Of a DNA stretch of 64,000 bases, positions 48,601 through 61,675 are shown piece by piece. The notes under the pieces were generated by a model. It had not been told where the DNA came from. It saw only the letters and a list, made by a program, of their open reading frames with translations, and searched no databases. The stretch's first letter is position 1. Each line of letters begins with the position of its first letter. Source of the DNA: Squalus acanthias (lineage: Eukaryota); assembly GCA_030390025.1 (NCBI GenBank), contig CM059437.1, positions 54,250,001 through 54,314,000 on the forward strand, given 5' to 3'. The translations under genes were made by a program, and so were the position numbers.

Positions 48601-50640
48601 TAATGCAGCAGCAGGACAGGCCCCTGGCTTCAAATCACTGCTGGTCAGCTGATTAACACTGGATTCATGTGTACATTATGCCTGAGAATCTGGCCGCAAT
48701 TCAATGGAACCCCCGAACAAGCAAAGTTAGGTCGTGGGAGCGTGGTAAGCTTTGTGAGCAGGAACTCGTTCGGGAGCTGGGTTCAATGAATGCACGTAAA
48801 AGACCGCGGATACTTAGACGTATTGCAGTTTCAAGTGTAACTAATTTACGATCAAATTGCCGCGATATTCTCTGATTGAGTTGACACCCAGATTAACCAT
48901 TTATCTGAGCGTAAATCGGGAGGAATCTCCGGTCCATTGAGATTGGCAGGCAAATTCGTCCTAAATTTCCATTAACAAAATAAACTTATATTTTATCTCT
49001 TTATATCCAACCCGGAGTCATATTCTCTCCGTTTTTCATACTTCTCCTTCCAGATCCAGCTGGTCAATCGGTGTTCGTTCGTCCAGCTTCATCGGATGAA
49101 CTCGCAAGCAGAATCATGGCGAATTTGGTATTTTTTTGAATGATTTTCAACCAGGTGGACTGTAGGTTGCAGCTAATTGTGAGCAGTTTGTGACTCTTCC
49201 AGCCTAAGAGTGGAACTCACACGAGCTTTACACCTGTGTGGTTAAACCGGAGCCTCAAAAATCACAGCATTCAAGCAAATACTGTATCATGAATTCAGAT
49301 GTATAATGATCCAGGAATCCGGGGTACTGGTCTATTAGTTGACTCTTAACTGCCCTTTGAAATGGCCTAGCAAGCCATCCAGTTGTCTAGAAGGCGGCTC
49401 ACCACCACTTCTCAAGGGCAATTAGGGATGGACAATAAATGCTGTCCTTGCCAGCGACGCCCACATCTTGTGAATGGATAATATTATACAAATAGGAAAT
49501 ATTGTATAAGCAGCATAGCGAGTTAGCGCTAATTGCACCTGACTGCGGCCCTTCGACGAGGCTCTAAAAATTAAGCTTTTTTGGGCGCAAGGCCAATGGC
49601 AGGCACCTTTTAAAAGTTTTAAATATTAAAAATTATCTAATTTACTAAGAAACTGACAACTGGACAACAATGAAACTAATAAATAGTTCTGTATAGATTT
49701 TTTAAAGAAGTAATTTTCAGTTATTTAAAATCAGGTTACTCACAGGTGGTGGTGTAGACACTCGTATTAAACATGCTTATTTTTGATAAACCCATTTTCA
49801 GCTGTAGTAATAAAACTGCACCAGGTTACCACTCCTAAATATATCCCGGAATTTGTTTTAATGCAAGGCAAAACATAAACAATTACGTTCTAAAATGCTG
49901 TCCGATTGCGCTGGTTCAAGGAAGATTTTATGTTCGTGATAATGCAACTGAGTTTAAGCGGAAACATGGCACATAACTTCACTCCGGAAAATCCGAGGCA
50001 ATTTCTAGGGCAGATTGGCGATTGCGCCCCAGGCCGAAACTCAACCCCCTTAATATTGCCCGTTTTGTATCGCGTTATACGTGCCAATTTAAGTAACAAT
50101 GATTACGACACCGTTCTGCGCCAGCAAGACTGCCTTGTGACACGGTTGGATTTCCAGAAGCTCATCAGAAGTATTAAGAATTGAGCAATGAGCGGAAATG
50201 AATCAAGAGCAAATATTTTATTTTACTATATCTACCAAACTACAATTTGCATCATCATAAAATTGAGCGCAGGTTTACAGTAATAACGAGATGCATTGAA
50301 TGTACAGAACAGAAACAAGCCATTCGGCCCAACTGATCTATGTCGATGTTAAGCTGCACATGAGCCTTCTCCCATTCTATTTCATTTACCCCTGTCAGCA
50401 TATCCTTCTATTCCTTTCTCCCTCTTGTGCTCATCTAGCTTCCCCTTAAATACGTCTATGCTATTTGTCTCAATTACTCCTTGTGGTAGCGTGTTTCACA
50501 TTCTTACCGGTTTTGGGTAATGACGTTTCTCCTGAATTCCCCATTGAATTTATTAGTGACTATCTTATATTTATGACATAACAACAGAAAACGCTGGAAA
50601 AACTCAGTAGGCCAGGCAGCATCCGTGGAGAGAGAAGGAG

Positions 50641-50676
50641 AGTTAACGTTTCAGGTCATGACCTTTCATCAGAACT
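50641..50676 (-). ncRNA. Minimal hammerhead ribozyme motif
   Basis: AGTT-CTGATGA-A-AGGT-CATG-ACCT-GAAAC-GTT-AACT. Confidence 0.72.
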
Positions 50677-52558
50677 GGGAAGAGCCGGAAATCAAATAGA
50701 TTTAAGGCCAGGGTAAAGCTGGGAAAAGGGGGAGGGGATAAAGGAACAAAGGGGGAGATGAAGAGACATTAAGAGATATGCAAGGCTAGAGGTGGTGTTA
50801 ATGTGACAGATTAAGGCTGAATGAAGCGTGAAATCCACTGGCAGAATGAAGGACAGCTGCCAGCTTCTAGGAGGAAAAAAAAAAGGTGGGGGGGGGACAA
50901 ATAAAAATAAAATATAAATGTGATTGGAGCTGAGGTTATGATCTAAAATTGTTGAACTCGATATTGAGTCCAGAGGGCTGTAGCGTGCCTAAACGAAAGA
51001 TGAGGTGCTGTTCCTCGAGCTTACACTGCGCTTCCGTGGAACAGTGTAATAGGCCGAGGACGGTGAGGTCAGAGTGGGAGTGAAGCGGTGAATTAAAGTG
51101 ACAGGCCACCGGGAGCTCGGGGTCCCCCTTACGGACTGAACGGATGTGTTCCGCAAAGCGGTCACCCAATCTGCGTTTGGTCTCCCCAATGTAGAGGAGT
51201 CCACATCGTGAGCAGCGAATACAGTATACTAAATTGCAGGAAGTACAAGTAAATCGCTGTTTCACCTGGAAGGGGTGTTTGGGGCCCTGGACAGTGGGAA
51301 GAGGGGAGGTATAAGGGCATGTGTTGCATGTCCTGCGCATGCACGGGAAGGTGCCGGGCGAAGGGGAAGGGGTGCTGGGGGTGGTAGAGGAGTAGACTAG
51401 GGTGTCGCGGAGGGAGCGGTCCCTACGGAATGCTGAAAGGGGAGGTGAGGGGAAGATGTGTTTGGTGGTGGGATCACGCTGGAGGTGGCGGAAATGGCGG
51501 AGGATGATCCGTTGAATGTGGAGGCTGGTGGGGTGAAAGGTGCGGACAAGGGGAACCCTATCGTGGTTCCGGGAGGGAGGGGCAGGGGTGAGGGCAGAAG
51601 TGCGGGAGCTAGAACGGACACGGTCAAGGGCCGTGTCGACCACGGTAGAGGGGAATCCTCGGTTGAGGAAAAAGGAAGACATGTCAGAAGCACTGGTATG
51701 GAAGGTGGCATCATCAGAGCAGATGCGGCGGAGACGGAGAAACTGGAAGAATGGAATAGAGTCCTTACAGGAGGCGGGGTGGGAGGAAGTGTAGTCCAGG
51801 TAGCTGTGGGAGTCAGTGGGCTTGTAGTGAATGTTAGTCAATAACCTATCCCCAGAGATGGAGATGGAAAAGTCGAGGAAGGGAAGGGAAGAGGCGGAGA
51901 TGGACCATGTGAAGGTGAGGGAAGGGTGAAAATTGGAAGCATAGTGAATGATATGTTCTAGTTCAGGGCGAGAGCAGGAGACGGCACCGATACAGTCATC
52001 AATGTACCGGAAAAAGAGGTGAGGGAGGGGACCCGAGTAGGACTGGAACAAAGAGTGTTCCACATATCCCACGAAAAGGCAGGCATAGCTAGGACCCATG
52101 CGGGTACCCATAGCAACACCTTTAATTTGGAGGAAATGGGTAGAGTCAAAGGAGAAGTTGTTCAATGTGAGAACAAGTTCAGCCAGGCGGAGGAGGGTGG
52201 TGGTGGATGGGGACTGGTTGGGCCTCTGTTCAAGGAAGAAGCGGAGCGCCCTCAGGCCATCCTGCTGGGGAATGGAGGTGTAGAGGGATTGTACGTCCAT
52301 AGTGAAGAGGAGACAGTTGGGGCCGGGAAACTGGAAACTGTTAAAATGGTGGAGGGCATCGGAAGAGTCGCGGATGTAGGTGGGAAGAGACTGGACAAGG
52401 GGAGAAAAAATAGAGTCGAGATAGGAAGAGATAAGTTCCGTGGGGCAAGAACAGGCTGTCTCTTAATGTCTCTTCATCTCCCCCTTTGTTCCTTTATCCC
52501 CTCCCCCTTTTCCCAGCTTTACCCTGGCCTTAAATCTATTTGATTTCCGGCTCTTCCC

Positions 52559-52595
52559 AGTTCTGATGAAAGGTCATCGACCTGAAACGTTAACT
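52559..52595 (+). ncRNA. Minimal hammerhead ribozyme motif (inverted pLTR)
   Basis: AGTT-CTGATGA-A-AGGTC-ATC-GACCT-GAAAC-GTT-AACT. Confidence 0.72.
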
Positions 52596-52756
52596 CTCTT
52601 TCTCTCTCCACGGATGCTGCCTGGCCTGCTGAGTTTTCCAGCGTTTTCTGTTGTTATTTCGGATTTCCAGCATCCGCAGTATTTTGCTATTATATTTATG
52701 ACATCTACCTTTGGACTCCCTCACAAGTAGAAACATTTTCATTATGTCTACCCACT

Positions 52757-53070
52757 GGAACTGGAAAAAGTTACAGATGTGACAGGTTTTTACCAAGTGC
52801 AGAGGCAGCGACAGTGGAGAGGGGAGGACACAACAAAAAGGAAGGTCTGTGATAGGGTAGAAGGCAGAAGTAATTAAATGACAAAAGGAATGATGCTGCA
52901 AGGCAAAATAAGGGTAATGGGACAATAAAAGAAACAAAAGATGGGTCTAGAGGAGCTGAAAATGACAAAAGCAAAATCTGCCGTCCGGAAGAATGGTGGT
53001 TATGATCTGTAATAATTGAACTCAGTGTTGTGTACCGAAGGATGTAAAGTGCCTAATCGTAAGATGAGGT
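52757..53070 (-). mobile_element. Older Penelope-like 3' fragment
   Basis: 53000-53070 resembles the ORF end at 50936-51006, with a purine-rich UTR like 50680-50930. Confidence 0.6.
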
Positions 53071-54900
53071 ATAAGCAAGGTTCGATACAAGTTTAACAAA
53101 ACTTTTGGCTTTTCAATTCTATCCCTCTAGAAATGAAACCCAGTGCGTGATTTGCCTTTATGGCCTTATTAACCTGCGTCACCACTTTGAGTGATTTGTC
53201 TATCTGTATGCCTAGATCTCTTTGCTCTTTTAGCCCATTCAGACTCTTATTATCCAAGCATTTTTGGCCTCCTTATTCTTTCAACCAAAATACACCACCT
53301 CACACTTAACTATGTTAAAATTAATTTGCCAATTACACACCCATTCTGCAAGTTTATTAATGACTTCCTTTATTTTGTCGCATTCTTCCTTTGTATTAAT
53401 TACATCTCACAATCTGGTGTCAACCACACATTTTCAAATGGTACTTCCGATTCCCGAGTCCAAATCATTAATGTAAGTTGTGAACGACAATGGTCCCAGC
53501 ACCAATCCCTGTGGAACACTACTTCCCACCTTTTGCCAGACCTAAGTAGCTACCCTTAACCCTCACTCTCTGTTTTCTGTTTATTAGCCAGCTTGCTATC
53601 CATTCTGCTGAACATCCCTGACTCCACATGATCTAACCTTAGTTATAAGTCTATTATGTGTTACCTTAACAAAGGTCCTTTGAGAAACCAAATATATTAC
53701 ACCTATTGAATTACCCTTGTCTACTCTTTCTGTTACTTCTTCAACGAATTCAACAATGTTGATAAAGCATGACCTTCCCTTTGAAATCCGTGCTTACTAC
53801 TCTGTATTATATTTCGGTTTCCAGATGTTCTGCTATTACATCTTTCAGTAAAGGTTCCATTATCTTTCCTACCACTGACGTTAAGCTAACTGGTCTATAG
53901 TTCCAGGGACTTGTTCTGTCTCCCTTTTTAAATATAGGAATGACATTATTTGTCCGCCAGTCCTCTGGCACTGTTCCCTTTTCCAATGAATTAATATATA
54001 TATGTAATAGTGCTTCTGCTTTTTCTTCCCTAACCTCTTTTCATAATGTATAGAATAATAGAATCACTCAGCACAGCAGGAGGCGATTCGGCCCATCGTG
54101 CCTGTGATGGCTATTTGAAAGAGTTTTCCAATTAGTCCCTCACACTTGTTCTTTCACCACAGCCCTGTAATGTTTCTCCTTTTCAAGAATATACAAATTC
54201 CCTTTGGAAAGTTATTATTAAATCTGCTTCCACTACACTTGCAGGTAATGCCTTCCAGACCACGACAGCTAGCAGTGTAAAAAAAACCTCCTCATCTTCC
54301 CCCTGGATTGTTTGCCAGGTATCTTAAATCTGTGACATTCTGGTTACTGACCCTCTTGCCAGTGGAAACAGTTTCTCCCTATCAATTCTATCAAAGTCCT
54401 CGTAATTTTGAACACCTCTATTAAATCTTCCCTTAACATTCTTTGCTCTAAGGAGAAAATTCCCATCTTCCCTAGTCCCTCCGCATAGCTGAATTCTCCC
54501 ATCCCTGGTAGCATTCTGGTAAATCTCTTTGCATTCTACCCAAGGCCTTGATATTCTTTCAAAAGTTCAGTGCCCAGAATTAGATACAATACTCTCGCTG
54601 AGGTCTAACCAGTGTTCTACCATCATTTCCTTGTTTTTGTATTCTATGCCTCTATTTATATGCTTTTTAACAGCTTTATCAACTTGTCTTGCCGCCTTCA
54701 ATAATTTGTGTATGTGAACCCCCAGGTCTCATTGTTCCTGCACCCCCTTTCAAATTGTACCATTTGGTTTATACAGTCTCGCCTCATTTTATTTCCAAAA
54801 TGCATCACTTAACACTTCTCTGCATTAAAGTTCATCTGTCATGTGTCTGCCCATTTCACCAGTCTGTCTATTTCCTCCTGACATCTGCAATTATCCTCCA
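53070..54900 (-). mobile_element. Degenerate CR1 fragments
   Basis: Minus-strand remnants of NYRPVSLT, GVPQG and the C-terminal motifs. A CR1 3' end at about 50295-50579 hosts Penelope element 2. Confidence 0.75.
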
Positions 54901-55039
54901 CATTATTTATTACAGTTCCACGCATTGTGGAAATGTACATTGTGTACTTCCATAAAGATAACCATTGGATCAAAAATTGTGGTCAGCGGCGTACCTCCGA
55001 AGTATGCCACCGACCTGTGAAAAGAATACGCACCTACCT

Positions 55040-55910
55040 GTTGTGAAGTTGTGAAGAGGACACAGAGAATCTGCAAAGGGATGTAGACGTACTACGTGAG
55101 TGGGCAAACATTTGTCAGATGGAGTATAATGTGGGAAAGTGTGAGGTTATCCACTTTGGTAAGAAAAAGAAAAAAGCAAATTATTATTTAAATGGAGGGA
55201 GATTACAAAATGCTGCAGTACAGAGGGACCTGGGTGTCCTTGTGCATGAAACACAAAAAGTTAGCATGCAGGTACAGCAAGCAATCAGGAAGGCAAATGG
55301 AATGTTGGCCTTTATTGCACGGGGGCTGGAGGATAAAAGCAGGGAAGTGCTGCGACAACTGTACAGGGTATTGGTGAGACCACACCTGGAGTACTGGATA
55401 CAGTTTCGGTCTCCTTATTTAAGAAGGGATATACTTACATTGAAGGCAATTCAGAGAAGGTTCACGAGGTTGATTCCTGAGAGGAAGGGGTTGACTTATG
55501 AAGAAAGGTCGAGCAGGTTGGGCCTATACTCATTGGAGATTAGAAGAATGAGAGGTGATCTTATTGAAACATATCAGATACTGAGGGGGCTCGACAAGGT
55601 AGATGCAGAGCAGATGTTTCCCCTCATGGAGGAATCTAGAACTAGGGGGCATAGTTCAGAATAAGGGGTCACCCATTTAAAACTGAGATGAGGAGGAATT
55701 TCTTCTCTCAGTGGGTCGGGAATCTGTGAATTTTCTGCCCCAGAGAGCTGTGGATGCTGGGTCATTTATTATATTTAAGGTGGCGATAGACAGATTTTTG
55801 AACAATACGGGAGTAATGGTTTTGGGGAGCGGGCAGGGAAATGGAGCTGAGCCCAAGACCAGATCAGCCATGATCTCATTAAATGGTGGTCCTATTCCTT
55901 ATGTTCTTAT
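55040..55910 (+). mobile_element. CR1 3' fragment
   Basis: ORF 55119-55664 (MEYNVGKCEVIHFG...LVRPHLEY); TTATGTTCTTAT tail. Confidence 0.9.
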
Positions 55911-56129
55911 ACCCAATGCAAAATCGGGGCCGTTTCACATCAATCTACAAAGCCTAAATCGTCATGGAGGACAGCATCTAACCTACTGTTTTGTACTACA
56001 ATACCTCAACCTCTCGTTAGGTAAGTAGAATATCAATGCAACAGAACAATGCACAACATTACAGGTTACACACTTGCAGCCAATGTGAATGGTATTCAAT
56101 GTTTTCTGAAAAAGTACAACAATTGCGCA

Positions 56130-57165
56130 GCCGCATCAGTCTACGCTCAATCATCAGCAAAGTGATGGAAGCTGTCGTCAACAGTGCTATCAAGTGCCAT
56201 TTACTCACCAATAACCTGCTCACCGATGCTCAGTTTGGGTTCTGCCAGGTCCACTCGCTCGAGACCTAATGACAGCCTTGGTCCAATCATGGACACAGGA
56301 GCTGAATTCCAGAGGTGAGGTGGGAGCGACTGCCCTTGACATCAAGCAGCATTTGACCGAGTGTGACATCAAGAAGCCAGAGTAAAATTGAAGTCAATGG
56401 GAGTCAATGAGAAAACTTTCCACTGGCTGGATTCATACCGAGTGCAAAGAAAGATGGTTGTGGTTGTTGGAGGTCAATAATCTCAGACCCAAGTCATCGT
56501 TGCAGGAGTTCCTCAGGGCAGTGTCCTAGGCCGAGCCATCTTCAGCTGCTTCATCAATGACCTTCCCTCCATCTTAAGGTCACAAGTGGGGATGTTCGCT
56601 GATGATTGCAGTGTTCAGTTCCATTCGCAACTCCTCAGATAACGCAGCAGATCATGTACGCATGCAACTAGACCAATACGACATTCAGGCTTGGTTGATA
56701 AGTGGCAAGTAACATTCGCACCACACAAGTGCCAGGCAATGACTGTCTCCAACAAGCGAGTGTCTAACCAGCGCCCCTTGACATTGAATGGCATTACCAT
56801 CGCCGAATAGCCCACCATCAACATCCTGGGGGATCATCATTGACCAGAAACTTAACTGGACCAGCCACATCAACACTGTCGCAACAAGAGCGGATCAGAA
56901 GCTGGGTATTCTGTGGCGACTGTCTCACCTCCTGACTCTCCAAAGCCTTTCCACCATCTACAAAGCACATGTCAGGAGTGTGATGGAATACTTTCCACAA
57001 GCCAGGAGGAGTGCAGCTCCAATAACACTCAAGAAGCTCTACACCATCCAGGACAAAGCAACCCACTTGATTGGCACCCCATGCACCACCTTCTCAAGAG
57101 AAAATAGGGATGGACAATAAATGCTGGCCTTGCCAACGACGCCCACAATCCAGGAACGAATAAAA
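56130..57165 (+). mobile_element. Non-LTR retrotransposon RT fragment (same family as 9690-10575)
   Basis: [17 protein letters not shown] and YKAHVRSVMEY motifs. Confidence 0.82.
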
Positions 57166-57249
57166 ATATCTGTAGAAGTTGGCTGAAGGGATTGAATGTT
57201 CTTCAGTGCAGGATGAAGGGCGTGATGAAGAATACGTCAAGGACTGTTA

Positions 57250-57740
57250 TGTTTGTAAATTCTCAGGGCAGGGCATGAGAAGCCTATGAGCGGACCCCTG
57301 ACATCTCGCTGCAAGGCACTGATGTGGCCCTCCTTCCTCTGCTGCTTCTCCCTCCTTCCCCAGGTCATCCTCGTCCGATGATGACTGCTGCTGATGTTCT
57401 ACTTCCTCAAAATGCAGGATTCGCTACAATCTAATGTTGTACAACATGCAGCAAACCATAAAAATGCCTGACACTCTATCTGAGGCAGATTGCACTGAGT
57501 AGCCTGAGCGATCCAGATATCTGAACCTCTGCTTGAGCATTTCTATCGTGCGCTCTATAAGGATCCTGGTCAAAACCTTGCGTCGACTGTGTTGCTCCGG
57601 CGTGGTGAGGTTGCGGACTGATATAATCAGCCAGATCTGCAGGAGGTATCCCTTGACCCCCGGCAGCCATCCTGTCACGCTCCTCTCAGGGTTGAATAGC
57701 GGAGAGAATGGTGGAGTGGCACCATCCAATCGATAGAGTG
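57250..57740 (-). pseudogene. Harbinger transposase C-terminal fragment
   Basis: GWLPGVKGY, IERTIEMLKQRFRYLDRSG, VCCMLYN. Confidence 0.78.
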
Positions 57741-58796
57741 TGCATTGATTGGCATTATGCTCCTCTATTGTCTGTTTTGTTGGCCCGGAATTTGTGTTGG
57801 GGATGATGACGAACTGGCAGCGTTCGCCCGCATTCCGCCTTTGAAACTGACCGCAACTTGGGGATTTGGCTCATGCGGAAATCCCAAAGTCATGGTGAGA
57901 CATTGAGAGCTCCGAAACGGTTCCACCTCGGAGAAGCACTAGAATACGAGAAAAAAGGCACGTTTAAATACAAAGGGGAAGCACGGTGTGAAGGAATAGG
58001 ATGACTAATTATCTCTCTGGAAGTGGTTGCAGTAAAACAGGAGATGCACTTATCACGTCCTCAATTATCTATTGTAGAGACAAAAGGCGCAAAGTGATTT
58101 TATTCTTCAATTTGGTTAAATGCCTTTTTATCTCCACACGATTTAAAAATTATATTTAATTGAATTTGTTCGTTATCCTAATACGAAACTCCAGGCATAA
58201 CCATGGCTTTGTAAATAAAGCAATGATTTATTATGTACAATACCAGGACATGGAATTTAATAACTGCCTTCTAAGTATAATAATATAACACTACAGCTGC
58301 CCTAAACAGACTGAGATCTCAAAATGCCGAAAGCAATAACATGGAATAACGTTATTAACACTCCAGCACACAATAAACAACTGCTAATACATAACGACAA
58401 CGTTCTAATTTTTAATATCCAGCAATTAGCTATTGCCATGATGCCCAGCAATATATCTGTTGAGCAATTACATAGGATATACAGCACAGAAACAGGCCAT
58501 TTAGCCCAACCAGTCCATGCCAGCGTTTCTGCTCCCCTCGAGCCTCCTCCCATCCTTCCTCATCTAACTTTATCAGCGTAACCCTTTATTCCCTGGCACC
58601 TCATATGCTTATCTAGCTTTCCCTTAAATGCGTCTATACTATTCGTGGGTCGTCATATAATGCTGTGAAAAATAGTGGAGATTGCGTTTTCGACAAGGGT
58701 ACTGGGCATCAACGTGCTAGATTCTGTACCTATGTTCACCATTTCCCTTCCTGAAGGTACTGGTATTGGGGTTAGGGGCAGCAGAGGCGGAGAGAA

Positions 58797-59906
58797 AGAT
58801 TGGGAAACGTGGCCAACAGGGCTCTCCAGAGAAGTGCTTATCCTCCGAGGGTATTCCGGGAGCAGTTCTCATACATTTAACTGTCAGAGGAGCAGTGCAT
58901 TAGTAGGCTTCGATTCAGCAATGAGGTGGTCACACAGCTCTGCCACCTCCTGCAGCCAGAACTCCAGCCGCAGCTCATGAACAGGACATCTCTGTCAGTG
59001 ACAGAGAAGGTCACAGTCGCTCTCAATTTCTCTGACAGCGGCTCCTTCCAGGCTTCAACAGTGATATTACAAACATTTCACAGTTCGCTGTCCATTGCTG
59101 CATTCAGGAGGTTACAGGTGCTCTTTAAAGAAAGAGAAGGGAGTAAATCTCATTCCCCATGACCAGAGACAAACAGCATGAATGCTCGTGTGGTTTCACA
59201 AGGATAGCGGGCTTCCCCATGGTTCAAGGCACCATTGCCTGCCCCCATGTGGCATTGCGGGCACCTCATCACAATGCAGAGGTGGTTCTGCAACCGCAAA
59301 AGCTACCATTCTCTGAACATGCAGTTGGTGTGCGACCTGAGATAGCGCATCCTCGCCGTCAATGCCCGCTATTCTGGCAGCAGCCACGATGCATTCATCC
59401 TGCGCCAGACTGGTGTCCTAGTCCTGTTCCAACCACCGCATCAAGCTCGCGGCTGGCTCCTCAGGGACAAGGGTTATCCAATCGCCACCTGGCTGTTGAC
59501 ACCTCTCCATAATTTCAACAGTTCTGCTGAGCACGCATACAATGAGAACCATAGTGCCACCAGGAACATGATCGAACAGACTATCGGCGTGCTAAAGCAA
59601 CGGTTCCGGTGTCTTGACAGCTCTGGAGGAGCCCTGCAGTACGCCCCCGATCGAGTATCCGTTTTTACTGTTGCGTCCTGCATGCTGCAGAACCTGGCCA
59701 TTCTGATGGCCCAGCCATTGCCACCAGGGATTGCAGGTCCACCTCAGGAGGAGGAAGAGGGAGAGAAGGAGGAGGAGGTGGAGGAGGAGGGTGAAGAGGA
59801 GGAGGATGAAGAGGAGGAGAAGCAGCACCAACGTAGGAGGGAGCCGCTCAATGTTGCTTCTGCAAGGGCCGTTCGTGAACGCCTTATTACACAGCGCTTC
59901 CAATAA
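58797..59906 (+). pseudogene. Harbinger transposase, copy 2 (paralog of 3908-5015)
   Basis: VTVALNF..SGSFQ, AGFP, HSATRNMIEQTIGVLKQRFRCL and Glu tail; colinear with copy 1. Confidence 0.88.
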
Positions 59907-60228
59907 ATTAGATAGCAGATGGCATTTGGGCTGACCAACCACATCAGTACAGCCAGCTCGCAGCCGCTATGACCAGCCAAAGTTCCAATGAGAAATATGA
60001 CAACATTTGTAATGTTGAAATTAAAATGTATTATTTTACACAACTCTGTCTTATTAAACACAACCAATAACAAACAAACACAATAATTTATGAACAAACC
60101 GAACTGGTTCTTAGCAAATGGAAACACATCTTACCAAACTGAACATATATTTTCAAACACATCAACTTTTGGACACACACTCCCCCCATTTGCTGGTCAT
60201 GTGGCTTCGCAAGGATAGCGGGTTTTAT

Positions 60229-61675
60229 TTACTGGGCCTTCCTCAATGATCTTCCTCCCCTTTGCAATTTCCCCCTCCAAACCCTGCTGCTCCTCCGTAA
60301 TGTGGCCCCAGTAGCTGCAGCAAGGCAGGTGGAAGGTTGTTGAGTTTGGGGGTCAGAGACTGCAGATGGCCTTGCAGGACGCCCTCGACCAGCTCTGGAC
60401 CTGGAGGGCCTGGCTGCAGACTGCACCAAATCTGCATGGGCTGCAGCAGTTTGGGATGGCTGGGTTACAGGCTGCAGCAAGTGCAATGGCGGAGTGGTAC
60501 TGGTAGGAACAGGAATGCTGTCATCCTGAGAGAGGACAGCACCTTCCTGCTCGACCGACACACTGCCACTTCACCGCGGAGAACCTCAGCATCCAGAGAA
60601 GTCTGTTCGAGTACAGATCACAGGCCTGCTGCGGCATAGTGAATCCCCGGTGGACAGTGGGCGACCCAGTTACGATGGCAGCAGTCAGCGCTTACGTGGC
60701 ATCAATTTGAGACTGCATGAGAGCAGTCTGAGATTGGATAGCACCAACCACTGACTCCATTACAGCACTAAGCCATTGCATTGCCTCAGCCTCTGCTGCA
60801 GTAGAGGCTGCCACCCCACCCATGACACACGGCATGGGGTCTTGGTCCACATGGTCTCCCTGCAAGTCAACCATCCTCTGCAAAGTGGCAAGGATGGGCT
60901 TGAAGGTTTGTGCACAGATGACAGCAGTGCTGGTGGCAGACTCCTCCATGCTCCTAGCCAGTACATCCATGCTCTCGGGCAGCCTTGCCATTGCACCCAT
61001 GAGCTCAGTATGCATGCTCATCGCCTGTGTGGTCATCGCCTCGACTTCGAGTTCCTCATCAAAGTCCTGTGCAGCAGAACTCATGCACGCACCCACCCTC
61101 TGGGGAGGTGGCCCCCGAGCTTCCCTTCCGCCATGGCGTTGCTGCAGCCTGCTGGATCCCGGAGCATCACCCACATCAGAGCGATTTCTGCTGCTCTCTT
61201 ACATCGACCGCGTGGCCCCATTATCCGATGTCTCACCCTCGGGAGATGCTGGCAGTGAGGCTCTGGCTTGGTGTTTCTTCTCCTCTCTTGCGTCACTGCC
61301 ACTGGGAGGCTGAGGGACAAGCTGTTCAGATGGTGGCTGATTATCTGAAAGCAGTAAGGCACAAGAGTGGCATTAAAGTGAGGGGAGAGTGGCAGGAAAG
61401 GAGCGAGGAATAGAGATAGTATTCTTAGATGGAAAGTGGGAAGTGCTCGTGTTGTGAGGGGAAGTGGTCTGAGAGAAGAGGGACAGTTGATGAACATACC
61501 ATTGCTGTCCCCAAGGGGGTCGACTTCTACGACTGCCACAGCACGCACGACATGGCTCACGATGGTGTAGCGCACTCACTCCTCCAGCTGTGTAAGGTGT
61601 TACAGCTCCGCCTGGCCTCCTTCCGTGCATCGCTGCTCCCTCCTGTTTTAAGCAAGCTTGTCCTGCAAGAAAAAG
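60229..61675 (-). pseudogene. Harbinger accessory (Myb/SANT-type) gene, copy 2, exon 2 onward
   Basis: Acceptor TTTTTCTTGCAG at about 61663, then DKLA*NRREQRCTEGGQAEL*HLTQLEE. The rest is colinear with 5326-6608. Confidence 0.7.

Larger units (their letters stand above)
50580..52689 (-). mobile_element. Penelope-like element 2, 5'-truncated, with an inverted pLTR
   Basis: ORF 50936-52300 nearly matches element 1 (FRYIDD, YIGET). Segment 52457-52689 is an inverted copy of the pLTR. 15-bp TSD TTATATTTATGACAT at 50565-50579 and 52690-52704. Confidence 0.93.
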
